Below the pieces are notes generated by a model that made no database searches, had not been told where the DNA came from, and worked only from the letters and a program-made list of their open reading frames with translations. A DNA stretch of 32,548 nt, taken from assembly GCA_963729715.1 (NCBI GenBank), contig CAVSPA010000015.1:1-32548 (forward strand), in the 5' to 3' direction. Numbering within the stretch: the first letter of the stretch is position 1; every line of letters begins with the position of its first letter. Positions 8,109 through 18,420 of the stretch are shown here, one piece after another. The position numbers and the translations under genes were made by a program. The stretch comes from an uncultured delta proteobacterium. Its GTDB lineage: Bacteria > Desulfobacterota > Syntrophia > Syntrophales > UBA2185.

Positions 8109-10752
8109 TAATAGTGTCCGCATAAGAATCATCATGTTCTTGGCTTCTCTCCTGTTGCTGCATCATTATAATGCTAATGCTCTTGCAGAAGACGGTAAAA
8201 AAATTGCCATCCTGCCATTCGAAGTTCACGCCAAGGCAAATACAGCCAATCTCCAGGAAGCCCTATACAAAGGACTCTTCACGGAATTTGCCAAGTCAAA
8301 AAGCATCCATATAGTTGAGAGAAGTTCGTTTGCCAAAGCCATAGAGGGCAAGGTGATTGATGAAAAGCTTGCCGTCAACGTCGGAAAGGCTGCAGCGGCC
8401 GATTACGTTATCATGGGAAGTCTTTCCGTGTTTGGAGAGCAAATAAGCGTCGACGCGAGAGTCATTGATGTAAGAGAGGGAAGAGTGATACACGCCGCCT
8501 TCGCACAGGGCAAGGGCATCGAAGCCATCGGCTCCATCTCTGGCCAATTGCGGACACAGATACTCGTCAAGATAGCCGCAGATATGAGGATAGTAAAGAT
8601 TGAGTTTAAAGGTAACCGGAAAATTGAAAGCAGTGCTCTTAGCCAGGTCATAAAAAGTGCCAAGGGCAATCTCTTTTCGGAAGCAGAGCTCACCTCCGAT
8701 ATCAAAGCTATTTACAAGATGGGATATTTCGATGACGCGGCAGCGGACGTCACTGTCAGTCCCGAAGGAAAGATCATCACTTTCCTTTTGAAAGAAAAAG
8801 CCCTGATCTCAGAGATAAGAATAAAGGGGAATAAGGCCATCGAGAAGAGCGAGCTTGAAGGCGTTATGACATTCAAAGTTCAGCATGTCCTCAACCCGGA
8901 AAAAATAGTCGCCAGTGCAGACAAGATTAAAACCCTCTATGATGGCAAAGGATACTACAACGCAGAGATCAAGTATGCGATTGACAAAGAAGGCGATAAG
9001 AATGTCATCGTCACCTTCAATATAACCGAGGGTGAGAGGCTGTTTGTCCGGACGATTTCTTTTGAAGGAAACCGTGCATTCACAAGCAAGGAACTGAAAA
9101 ATATTATGAGCCTGGCCGAGTGGAGCATTTTCCATTTTATAAACGACTCAGGCATCTTAAAGAAAGACCAATTAAAACAGGATACGGATAAACTGACTGC
9201 ATTTTACCTTAATCATGGCTTTATCAATGCTCAGGTCGGCGAACCTGTAATTACGCACGACAAGAAGGGGATCTATGTAAAAATACCAATCGTGGAGGGA
9301 AAACAATTCAAAGTAGGCAAGCTGGACATTACGGGCGATACACTGACCGTTTCCCGCGCTGAACTGCTGAATAAACTGAATATCAGCAAAAAAGAGTTCT
9401 ATGACAGGGACGCAATCATGAAGGATATGGAGTTTATTACCCAGGCCTGTAATGATGACGGTTATGCATATGCAGACATTACGCCGCGCACTGTCCCGCA
9501 GGAGAAAACTCAGACGGTGGATGTGACTTTCAATATCAAGAAAGGTCACGAGGTCTTCTTTAACAGGATAACCATCACAGGCAACACAAAATCCAGAGAT
9601 AAGGTAATCAGGAGGCAGCTCGCTTTTAGCGAAGGGGATCTTTATAGCAGCAGCAAGCTCAAAAGCAGTTACATGGCTCTCAATCGTCTCAGATACTTTG
9701 AAGAGATAAATTTTCAGACGGAAAAGGGCCCTGAAGAAAATTTAACTGACGTCAATATCAACGTCAAGGAAAAACCGACGGGCATGTTCAGTATAGGCGC
9801 AGGATACTCGGCCCAGGACCATGCCATCGGCACCGCCCAGGTCTCCCAGCAGAACCTCTTTGGCAGGGGACAGATACTAAGCCTCAAGGGAAGCCTCGGA
9901 ACTGTATCGAATGTACTAGAACTCTCGTTTACAGAGCCATATCTGTTTGATACTCTCGTGTGGAGTCAATTTTCCCTCTGGAGAGCGCAAAGGCAATATG
10001 ACACTTACAATCTAAACACGCAAGGGGTTGGAATGACATTTGGTTATCCCCTCTGGCCGCGTGTCAACGGCTATGTGGGATACAAGCTTTTTACAAATGA
10101 TGTCGCAGATGTCCAGGACACGGCAGCTGATATTATCAAGCAGGAGGCAGGAAAGACGACAGAGAGCGTGGTGACGTTCAACCTCACAAAGGACACTACG
10201 GATGACTATATGTTTCCGACGACTGGTTACAAGAACACCGGTACCATTGATTATGCGGGAGGGCCGCTCCAAGGCAGCACAGACTATATCAGATATGGGG
10301 CAAAGACTGCATGGTTCCATCCCCTGCCCCTGGACACCGTATTCAGTGTGCGCGCAAGAGCAGGTTTCATAGAACGTACTTCGGATACGGATGTCCCCAT
10401 ATTTGAACGCTACTATCTGGGCGGGATTGATACTCTACGCGGCCTTCGTGACGTGGGGCCAAGAGATCCAGCCACGGGAGACCCTCTCGGCGGCTTCACA
10501 ATGATGTGTTTCAACTTTGAATACATCTTTCCCTTGATTAAGAACGCCGGGATGAAGGGGCTTGTATTCTTCGATACGGGCAATGCCTGGGACAGCGGCT
10601 GGCATATCGACGACATGAGAAAAACGGTGGGACTTGGTATCAGGTGGTACTCGCCTATCGGTCCTCTGAGGCTCGAATGGGGTTATGTCCTTGACCAAAA
10701 GGAAAATGAATCGTCCAACCGATTTGAATTCACAATGGGCATGTTTATGTAG
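8101..10752 (+). CDS. bamA: Outer membrane protein assembly factor BamA with an extra N-terminal domain
   Basis: ATG 8101 overlaps the lolD stop; POTRA repeats, barrel entry VKEKPTG, LRGL loop motif, WYSPIGPLRLEWGY, FEFTMG C-terminus. Confidence 0.95.
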   Translation: MNNNSVRIRIIMFLASLLLLHHYNANALAEDGKKIAILPFEVHAKANTANLQEALYKGLFTEFAKSKSIHIVERSSFAKAIEGKVIDEKLAVNVGKAAAADYVIMGSLSVFGEQISVDARVIDVREGRVIHAAFAQGKGIEAIGSISGQLRTQILVKIAADMRIVKIEFKGNRKIESSALSQVIKSAKGNLFSEAELTSDIKAIYKMGYFDDAAADVTVSPEGKIITFLLKEKALISEIRIKGNKAIEKSELEGVMTFKVQHVLNPEKIVASADKIKTLYDGKGYYNAEIKYAIDKEGDKNVIVTFNITEGERLFVRTISFEGNRAFTSKELKNIMSLAEWSIFHFINDSGILKKDQLKQDTDKLTAFYLNHGFINAQVGEPVITHDKKGIYVKIPIVEGKQFKVGKLDITGDTLTVSRAELLNKLNISKKEFYDRDAIMKDMEFITQACNDDGYAYADITPRTVPQEKTQTVDVTFNIKKGHEVFFNRITITGNTKSRDKVIRRQLAFSEGDLYSSSKLKSSYMALNRLRYFEEINFQTEKGPEENLTDVNINVKEKPTGMFSIGAGYSAQDHAIGTAQVSQQNLFGRGQILSLKGSLGTVSNVLELSFTEPYLFDTLVWSQFSLWRAQRQYDTYNLNTQGVGMTFGYPLWPRVNGYVGYKLFTNDVADVQDTAADIIKQEAGKTTESVVTFNLTKDTTDDYMFPTTGYKNTGTIDYAGGPLQGSTDYIRYGAKTAWFHPLPLDTVFSVRARAGFIERTSDTDVPIFERYYLGGIDTLRGLRDVGPRDPATGDPLGGFTMMCFNFEYIFPLIKNAGMKGLVFFDTGNAWDSGWHIDDMRKTVGLGIRWYSPIGPLRLEWGYVLDQKENESSNRFEFTMGMFM

Positions 10753-10791
10753 ACGTGCCAGTTCATTCTAATTAATAAGGGGGAAAAGGAT

Positions 10792-11328
10792 ATGAAAAAA
10801 AGTGGTTTGCTAATTTCAATGGCATTCGTCATCCTGTCGCTTTTTCTGTGTGGCACATGCGCATTTGCCGCTGAAAAAATAGGCTTTATCGACATGCGAG
10901 AAATCATGCTCAAGTCAGATGCCGGAAAAAAGGCCGCCGACGATTTCGGCAAGCTCTACCAACAAGACAAGGACATGATACAGAAACGGGAAGCGGAAAT
11001 GAGAAAACTCAAGGATGATCTCGAAAAACAGCGATCCGTCCTGACGGAGAGTGCCATGAAAGAAAAAGAGGCGGCATATCAAAAGAAATTCAGGGATTAC
11101 CAGTTGATGGTCAAGGATGCCAATGAGGAACTTCAGTCAAGAGATCAGGAGCTTTCCAAAAAGCTGGTTCCCGATATTTTGAAGGTAATAACTGCCATCG
11201 GTGAGAAGGAAAAATATACACTGATCATCGATGTCGGCAGCATTCCCGTCGCCTACTTTGCCAAAGAAAATAACTTGACCCAGAAAGTTATTGAAGAATT
11301 CAACAAGACATTCAAACCGAAAAAGTGA
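10792..11328 (+). CDS. skp: OmpH/Skp periplasmic chaperone
   Basis: Signal peptide, KIGFIDM, long coiled coil; canonical position between bamA and lpxD. Confidence 0.9.
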   Translation: MKKSGLLISMAFVILSLFLCGTCAFAAEKIGFIDMREIMLKSDAGKKAADDFGKLYQQDKDMIQKREAEMRKLKDDLEKQRSVLTESAMKEKEAAYQKKFRDYQLMVKDANEELQSRDQELSKKLVPDILKVITAIGEKEKYTLIIDVGSIPVAYFAKENNLTQKVIEEFNKTFKPKK

Positions 11329-12398
11329 AAAATAGAGATACGAAATTGAAAAAGACGCTCGGTGAAATTGCATCTCTTCTGCTTGGAAAGGTGATAGGAG
11401 ACCCTCAAGTAGTCATTCACGATATCCGGGGAATCGCTGAGGCCGGAAAGGGCGATTTGACCTTCATCGCAAACCCGAAATATTTGAAGTCCATTGAGAC
11501 AACGAAAGCCTCTGCCATCCTGGTCTCTCCCCAAATAGAGAGGACAGATAGAAACCTCATCGTTGTTGATGACCCCTATATAGCACTTGGCCGGGTCCTC
11601 GGACTTTTTTACCCGGAAGACCATGATCCGCCTGGGGTTAGCACGGAAACCTTCATCGAAGAAGGCGCAAGTGTCTCAAAAGATGCAAATGTCTATCCCG
11701 GTGTCTATATCGGACGGGAAGCAAGAGTCGAACGGGGCGTAATTCTTTACCCCGGTGTCTACATCGGTCGTCGTGTCGTAATCGGTGAAGACTCCATTCT
11801 GTATCCAAACGTCGTTGTATCACGACGATGCATTATCGGAAAGAGGGTCATCCTGCATGCCGGTGTCGTTGTCGGAAGTGACGGATTTGGTTTTGCCAGG
11901 CCGGCGCGGGAAAATATAAAGATTCCCCAGGTAGGCTTTGTGCAAATAGACGATGACGTTGAAGTGGGTGCCAATACCACCATAGACAGGGGCACCATTG
12001 AAAGAACCTGGATACAAAAAGGTGTAAAAATCGACAATCTGGTACAAGTGGCCCACAATGTGGTCATTGGTGAATACTCCGTGATCGTGTCCCAGGTCGG
12101 CATTTCAGGAAGTACAAGACTCGGAAAGGGCGTTATCCTGGGAGGACAGGCAGGTCTCGTTGGCCACATCGATCTCGGCGATCATGTCATGGTTGGCGCC
12201 CAGTCAGGCGTTCATGACGATGTCCCTTCAAACCAAGTTGTGTCTGGATCGCCCCATATGCCCCACAGACAATGGCTGCGCGTAGAGGCATGTGTTACAC
12301 AACTTCCGGAAATGCGTAAAAGCGTCGCGTCCATATTGAAAAGGCTTGATAATCTGGAGAGAGACACAAAAAATACAACCCAAAGAACCAAACCCTGA
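11325..12398 (+). CDS. lpxD: UDP-3-O-acyl-glucosamine N-acyltransferase
   Basis: Hexapeptide repeats, GSDGFGF, GANTTIDRG, KIDNLVQVAHNV. Confidence 0.96.
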   Translation: MKNRDTKLKKTLGEIASLLLGKVIGDPQVVIHDIRGIAEAGKGDLTFIANPKYLKSIETTKASAILVSPQIERTDRNLIVVDDPYIALGRVLGLFYPEDHDPPGVSTETFIEEGASVSKDANVYPGVYIGREARVERGVILYPGVYIGRRVVIGEDSILYPNVVVSRRCIIGKRVILHAGVVVGSDGFGFARPARENIKIPQVGFVQIDDDVEVGANTTIDRGTIERTWIQKGVKIDNLVQVAHNVVIGEYSVIVSQVGISGSTRLGKGVILGGQAGLVGHIDLGDHVMVGAQSGVHDDVPSNQVVSGSPHMPHRQWLRVEACVTQLPEMRKSVASILKRLDNLERDTKNTTQRTKP

Positions 12399-12495
12399 GT
12401 ACTGGACAACGTCAAAATCCAAATACACAGAAGATTTCGTATTTTGAACTTGTTTACAGAGGAAATATCAGGCTTTGTGATTTCAAGGATCTACT

Positions 12496-13272
12496 ATGAA
12501 TATTCACCCTACAGCAGTTTTATCTACGGAGTCCCATATCGGGGAGGGCGTCGAGATTGGCCCTTATACAGTCATAGGGCCTGATGTGCATATCGGAAGA
12601 AACACCATCATCGGACCTCATGTGGTAGTTGACGCCCATACCGACATCGGAGAGGAATGCCGTATCTTTCAATTTAGTTCAATCGGCGCAAGCCCGCAGG
12701 ACCTGAAATTCAAAGGTGAAAAGACTAGGGTTGTTATCGGAAACAACAATACAATCAGGGAATATGTGACCATCAACCGGGCCACATCGGCCGATATCGG
12801 GGTAACCATCATAGGGAATAATAACCTTCTGATGGCTTATTGTCACGTCGCGCACAATTGCAAACTGGGAAACAATATCATTATGGCCAATGCCGCCAAT
12901 CTTGCCGGCCATATCCATGTGGAAGATTACGCTATCATCGGCGGGTTAACGGGTATCCATCAGTTCACCCGCATAGGGGCGCATTGCATCATCGGAGGCG
13001 CTTCCGCCGTGTCCAAGGACGTTCCCCCATTCGTCATGGCTTCCGGCAATTATGCAAAACTCTATGGCCTTAACATAATAGGCCTTAAGCGCAGGGGGTT
13101 CAAAGGGGAAACTATACAGGCCCTGAAAAAAGCCTACAGGATTGTATTTAGGTCATCTCTCCTTCTTTCCGTGGCAATCGCAAAAGTGAAAGCCGAGGTT
13201 GACGATATTCCGGAAGTAAGGCAGTTTGTAGCGTTTATCGAAACCAGATCGGCAAGAGGGATTTCAAGATAA
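12496..13272 (+). CDS. lpxA: Acyl-ACP--UDP-GlcNAc(3N) acyltransferase
   Basis: [53 protein letters not shown]. Confidence 0.96.
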   Translation: MNIHPTAVLSTESHIGEGVEIGPYTVIGPDVHIGRNTIIGPHVVVDAHTDIGEECRIFQFSSIGASPQDLKFKGEKTRVVIGNNNTIREYVTINRATSADIGVTIIGNNNLLMAYCHVAHNCKLGNNIIMANAANLAGHIHVEDYAIIGGLTGIHQFTRIGAHCIIGGASAVSKDVPPFVMASGNYAKLYGLNIIGLKRRGFKGETIQALKKAYRIVFRSSLLLSVAIAKVKAEVDDIPEVRQFVAFIETRSARGISR

Positions 13273-13378
13273 CTATGAAAAAGTGATGGCTTTGAAAGGC
13301 TTCTCATCGAGTTCGAAATGGTAGCTTCATATTCGCATCTGTGAAATGGAGCACTGGAATTTATAATCTTATCTGCAT

Positions 13379-14326
13379 ATGAAAGAAATCAGGGTCGGCG
13401 TGGTAGGTATCGGCCATTTAGGCAACTACCACCTGCAAAAATACCGCGATTTGTCCAGCTGCCGAATTGTCGGCGTGGCCGACATCAAAGAGGAGCGTGC
13501 CCAGAAGGCGGCCGAAATGTATGACTGCTTTGCTGTGTCGGATCACCGCAAGCTGATGGGTTCAGTAGATGCAGTCAGTATTGCCGTTCCAACCGGATCT
13601 CATTATCGCATCGCAAAAGACTTCTTGGAAGCGGGTATTGACGTCCTGCTGGAAAAACCCATTACAACGACCATCGAAGAGGCTGATGAACTTATAGCCA
13701 TAGCTGAAGCAAAGGGATTGATATTCCAAATAGGATTGCTTGAACGATTTAATCCGGCAATCGTCGCGCTGCGGGCGGTTATGGAAAAGCCGCTTTTCAT
13801 TGAGACTCACCGCCTCCACCCTTTTTTCGAACGCGGCACGGATGTGGATGTCATTCTTGATCTCATGATCCATGACCTCGACATAATCCTGCACTTTGTC
13901 AAATCGCCCATACTGAATGTGGATGCCGTCGGAGTATCGATCCTGTCCGATAAAGTGGATATTGCCAACGCGAGGATAACCTTCGCTTCCGGTTGCGTTG
14001 CCAATGTCACCGCCAGCAGGGTGACGGGAAAGACCATGCAGAAGATTAGATTCTTCGGGTTTGATGGCTATCATGCAGTCGATTACGGGAAGCGCGAATT
14101 GGTCTCTCTCTGCAGGAAAAACGGTGCTGAAGGGAAGATTGAAATCAGCGCAAATCCTGTGGAAGTCAAGATACTTGATCCTTTAGGGGAGGAGATTCGC
14201 TCGTTCATTGAAGCAGTTATAAGCAGGAATCCACCACCAGTCACAGGCAAGGAAGGGAGAGACGCCTTGGAATTAGCGCTTCTCATCGCTGAAAAGGTCA
14301 AGCTATCTCAGGAGCTGCTTCCATGA
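13379..14326 (+). CDS. gnnA: Gfo/Idh/MocA oxidoreductase, probable UDP-GlcNAc 3-dehydrogenase GnnA
   Basis: GVVGIGHLG, EKPI, ERFNPA, DVILDLMIHDLD, ASRV; position between lpxA and lpxB. Confidence 0.8.
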   Translation: MKEIRVGVVGIGHLGNYHLQKYRDLSSCRIVGVADIKEERAQKAAEMYDCFAVSDHRKLMGSVDAVSIAVPTGSHYRIAKDFLEAGIDVLLEKPITTTIEEADELIAIAEAKGLIFQIGLLERFNPAIVALRAVMEKPLFIETHRLHPFFERGTDVDVILDLMIHDLDIILHFVKSPILNVDAVGVSILSDKVDIANARITFASGCVANVTASRVTGKTMQKIRFFGFDGYHAVDYGKRELVSLCRKNGAEGKIEISANPVEVKILDPLGEEIRSFIEAVISRNPPPVTGKEGRDALELALLIAEKVKLSQELLP

Positions 14327-15417
14327 TACCGATGGTTGATCTCAAGAGACAATATCATAATCTTAAAGCCGACATCGATGCAGCTATACAGAATGTACTT
14401 GAAGACGGTCAGTTCATTTTGGGACCGAATGTGGCGGAACTGGAAAGAGAAATAGCCGCATATCATGGCGTCTCCCATGGGGTCGGTGTGGCAAGCGGAA
14501 CCGACGCCCTCCTCCTGTCTCTCCGGGCCTGCGAAATCGGACCTGGGGATGAGGTGATCACCACACCCTTCACTTTCATTGCCACGGCGGATGTCATCTC
14601 ACTTCTTCATGCGATACCCGTATTTGCGGATATCGTTACGGACACTTTTAATATCGACCCCGGCAAGGTCGAGGAAAAGATTACAAATAAGACCAAGGCG
14701 ATCATCCCTGTCCATCTCTTCGGCCATCCTGCGGATATGGATCCCATCTGCGCTCTGGCGGCAAAATATAATATCAGAGTCATTGAAGATTGTGCACAGG
14801 CCTTCGGTGCGACATACAAAGGGAAAAGGGTTGGGACGCGTGGTGACTGCGGCTGCTTTAGTTTCTTTCCAAGCAAGAACCTGGCCGGCTACGGCGACGG
14901 CGGCATGATTATCACCGGCAATGAGGAACTGGCAAAGAATATGAGGCTTCTCCGGAACCACGGGAGCGCCGTCAAATACCATCATACGACTTTAGGTTAT
15001 AACAGCCGGCTTGATGAGATCCAGGCGGCAATCATACGCGTCAAAATGAAGAAAATCGAAGAATTCAACGACAAGCGCTACATTAATGCAGACATCTACA
15101 GAACGCTCATCAAGAGAAATGATATCGCCCTTCCCCTTGAGCTCCCTTTTTGCAAGCATGTATATCATCAGTTTACGATCCGCTCAAGAAACAGGGATAG
15201 CATCATGAAAGCCCTGCAAAATGAGAATATCTCTTCCGCTATCTATTACCCCGTGCCTCTTCACAAACAGAAGGTATTCACCGGCCATAATATTCATGCG
15301 AAGAGTCTGACGAACAGTGAGATGTGCGCCAAAGAGGTACTGTCCCTACCCATGTTCCCTGAGTTAAAAAAAGAGGAGATTGAACACGTAAGCAATGTGA
15401 TCAACCATGCATCCTGA
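14323..15417 (+). CDS. gnnB: DegT/DnrJ PLP aminotransferase, probable GnnB
   Basis: SGTDAL, EDCAQAFG, SFFPSKNL, GYNSRLDEIQAA; overlaps both gnnA and lpxB. Confidence 0.78.
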   Translation: MIPMVDLKRQYHNLKADIDAAIQNVLEDGQFILGPNVAELEREIAAYHGVSHGVGVASGTDALLLSLRACEIGPGDEVITTPFTFIATADVISLLHAIPVFADIVTDTFNIDPGKVEEKITNKTKAIIPVHLFGHPADMDPICALAAKYNIRVIEDCAQAFGATYKGKRVGTRGDCGCFSFFPSKNLAGYGDGGMIITGNEELAKNMRLLRNHGSAVKYHHTTLGYNSRLDEIQAAIIRVKMKKIEEFNDKRYINADIYRTLIKRNDIALPLELPFCKHVYHQFTIRSRNRDSIMKALQNENISSAIYYPVPLHKQKVFTGHNIHAKSLTNSEMCAKEVLSLPMFPELKKEEIEHVSNVINHAS

Positions 15418-16600
15418 AATATCCCTTCTCAAAGGCACGCAAGATAAAGGAAGTGCAAGCAGGAAACAAATTATGATTGTGGCGGGGGAAGCCTCTGGTG
15501 ACCTTCATGGAGGAAACCTCGTACAGGAAATGCACAAGATCGATCCGGAAATAAGATTCTATGGGGTCGGCGGCAGGAATTTGAAGGAGGCTGGCGTAGA
15601 GCTGATAGCGGATGCCGCAGATATGGCTGTCGTAGGACTCACTGAGGTTGTCTTTAAGCTCGCAATGATACTGAAAGTCATGGCTCAACTTAAGGCATCA
15701 CTGAAAAAAGACAGGCCAGATCTTCTTATCCTCATCGATTACCCGGACTTCAACCTTCCTCTCGCCAAGGCGGCAAAGAAATACGGCGTAAAGGTTTTTT
15801 ACTATATCAGTCCCCAGGTATGGGCGTGGCGAAGAGGAAGAATCGGGAAGATCAAAAAGATTGTGGACAGAATGGCCGTGATTCTCCCTTTTGAGATGGA
15901 TCTCTACAAGGATGCCGGCGTTGATGCAACCTTCGTTGGTCATCCTCTGCTGGATGTGGTCAGGACGAAATATCCTCGCAAGGAGGCGCTTCGAAGGTTC
16001 GATCTCGATGAAGGGGTAACAACGGTGGGAATTTTGCCGGGAAGCAGGCAATCAGAGGTTACACGACTCCTTCCTGTAATGCTCGGAGCAGCGGAGATCA
16101 TCAAGGAAAAAATCAAGTCCGTGCAATTTGTGCTGCCTCTTGCCGATACACTTGATGTTGCTTTCGTTTCACAAATAATTGCAGAATATCCGGTAGCCGT
16201 GAGACTTATCTCCAGCGAGGTCTACGATGTCATCGGTTGTACAGACATAGCCATGGTTGCATCGGGAACTGCCACCCTGGAAACGGCGCTGATGGAGACG
16301 CCCATGATCATTATTTATAGGGTGTCGGTGCCCTCCTATTATATAGGCAAGATGGTTATCGATGTTGACCACATCGGTCTTGTCAACATCATTGCCGGAA
16401 AAACCGTTGTTCCTGAGTTAATCCAGTTTGAGGCAACTCCAGAGAAAATAGCGGCAGCGGTCATGGACATTCTGGCGACTAAAGAGCGAATTGAAAGCAT
16501 TAAAGCGGAGTTGAAAGAAATCAGGAATATGCTCGGAAGCCATGGTGCGGCAGAAAGGGTTGCCCGCCTCGCATATGATATGCTAAACCATAAACACTGA
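15407..16600 (+). CDS. lpxB: Lipid A disaccharide synthase
   Basis: AGEASGDLHG, IDYPDFN, SPQVWAWR, FVGHPL, LPGSR, SGTATLE. Confidence 0.96.
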   Translation: MHPEISLLKGTQDKGSASRKQIMIVAGEASGDLHGGNLVQEMHKIDPEIRFYGVGGRNLKEAGVELIADAADMAVVGLTEVVFKLAMILKVMAQLKASLKKDRPDLLILIDYPDFNLPLAKAAKKYGVKVFYYISPQVWAWRRGRIGKIKKIVDRMAVILPFEMDLYKDAGVDATFVGHPLLDVVRTKYPRKEALRRFDLDEGVTTVGILPGSRQSEVTRLLPVMLGAAEIIKEKIKSVQFVLPLADTLDVAFVSQIIAEYPVAVRLISSEVYDVIGCTDIAMVASGTATLETALMETPMIIIYRVSVPSYYIGKMVIDVDHIGLVNIIAGKTVVPELIQFEATPEKIAAAVMDILATKERIESIKAELKEIRNMLGSHGAAERVARLAYDMLNHKH

Positions 16601-16668
16601 CCATGAAACGGATTCAGACGCTGATTCCCTTAAGATACAAATTTTTGCATCCGGGATTTTCTTAAGAA

Positions 16669-18420
16669 ATGGATATTTTTAAACGCCTCTTGCAGCTTGC
16701 AAAGCCGCATACATCAAAGTTCATCCTGGCGATGGTCTGCATGCTTGTCGTCGGTGCAACAACATCTGCCCTGGCTTTTCTTGTGAAGCCGGCCTTAGAT
16801 GAGATATTCCTAAAAAGAAACTCCGACATGCTCATGTGGATCCCTGTCGCAGTTATTGCCATATACCTATTAAAAGGGTTTTGCAATTACACGCAAACGA
16901 TATTGATGAGTTTCATCGGCCAGCGGGTTGTAGCGGATTTGCGGAATAATCTCTATAGACAGATACAGATGCAATCCCTTTCGTTTTTCACCAAGAATCC
17001 GACAGGCATTCTCATGTCGCGGATTACAAGTGATGTGGCATGCGTCCAGGGGGCCGTATCCGAAGCCGTCACAAGTCTCCTTAAAGACTCCTTCACCCTT
17101 ATCTGTCTCATATTTGTCATCTTTTACCGTGACTGGCAATTGGCAATAATCGCCATGTTCGTATTTCCTCTCACCATCTATCCTATAGCCAAGTTCGGCG
17201 CTAAGATGAGAAACATCGCCACGCGCACTCAGGTAACCATAGGCAGTCTTACCACGCTTCTCCAGGAAACAATTTCCGGGACGAGGATCGTCAAGGCCTT
17301 CAGCATGGAAGAATATGAAAACGAAAGGTTTGCAAAAGAAAACGAACACCTCTTCAAACTTGCTTTGAAATCCGTGTCTGTGAACGCCGTTTCCAGCCCT
17401 TTCATGGAATTCTTAGGGGGTATAGGTATAGCCGCTATTGTCTTCTATGGAGGGTACCAGGTGATTAAAGGCGTCTCCACACCAGGCACTTTTTTTTCTT
17501 TCCTGGCGGCGCTGATCATGCTCTATGAACCGGTCAAACGGCTGACGAATGTGAATAACACGATCCAGCAGGGAATTGCCGGCGCCGTGCGGGTTTTCAG
17601 TATTATCGATATCGTGCCGGATATAAGAAATGACGCCGACGCCATCGAGCTACCCAAAATATCGCAGGGCATTGATATCCGGAACGTAACCTTTCGTTAC
17701 GAAGAAACGCCCGTCTTGAAGAATATAAATCTATCTATCACCGCTGGTGAAGTAGTTGCCTTTGTCGGCATGAGTGGCGGAGGCAAGACGACCCTCGTCA
17801 ATCTGATCCCCCGCTTTTACGATGTCTCAGAGGGGCAGATTCTGGTAGACGGCCATGACATCCGCCACGTCACCATCGAGTCCCTGCGCAGGCAGATCGG
17901 CATCGTCACGCAGCAGACCATCCTCTTTAATGACACAGTGCGAAATAACATCGCCTACGGCAGCATCGAAAAGACCGACGAGGATATTATCCATGCAGCA
18001 AAGGCAGCCAACGCCCATGACTTCATCATGAATCTACCGAAGGGGTACGATACTGTTATCGGTGAACAGGGGGCAAAACTGTCAGGAGGGGAAAGGCAGA
18101 GAATCTCCATTGCAAGAGCACTGCTCAAAGATGCGCCCATTCTAATTCTTGATGAAGCGACATCGTCCCTTGACACAGAAGCGGAAATAGAGGTCCAGGA
18201 TGCCCTAGAGTATCTTATGAAAGGAAGAACGACCCTTATAATTGCACACCGGCTTTCGACAATCCGTAACGCCAACCGGATATTGGTGCTTGCAAACGGC
18301 GAGATTGTAGAAGAAGGAACCCACGAATCTCTTCTGGAAAAAAGAGGAGAATACTCTAAGTTTTACAGCATGCAGTTTAAAGATGAAAACAGGAACAGCT
18401 TTGAAAAAACTTCCCACTAA
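16669..18420 (+). CDS. msbA: Lipid A export ABC transporter MsbA
   Basis: N-terminal TM domain plus GMSGGGKT, LSGGERQR, ILDEATSSLD, IAHRLST; lipid A operon context. Confidence 0.9.
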   Translation: MDIFKRLLQLAKPHTSKFILAMVCMLVVGATTSALAFLVKPALDEIFLKRNSDMLMWIPVAVIAIYLLKGFCNYTQTILMSFIGQRVVADLRNNLYRQIQMQSLSFFTKNPTGILMSRITSDVACVQGAVSEAVTSLLKDSFTLICLIFVIFYRDWQLAIIAMFVFPLTIYPIAKFGAKMRNIATRTQVTIGSLTTLLQETISGTRIVKAFSMEEYENERFAKENEHLFKLALKSVSVNAVSSPFMEFLGGIGIAAIVFYGGYQVIKGVSTPGTFFSFLAALIMLYEPVKRLTNVNNTIQQGIAGAVRVFSIIDIVPDIRNDADAIELPKISQGIDIRNVTFRYEETPVLKNINLSITAGEVVAFVGMSGGGKTTLVNLIPRFYDVSEGQILVDGHDIRHVTIESLRRQIGIVTQQTILFNDTVRNNIAYGSIEKTDEDIIHAAKAANAHDFIMNLPKGYDTVIGEQGAKLSGGERQRISIARALLKDAPILILDEATSSLDTEAEIEVQDALEYLMKGRTTLIIAHRLSTIRNANRILVLANGEIVEEGTHESLLEKRGEYSKFYSMQFKDENRNSFEKTSH

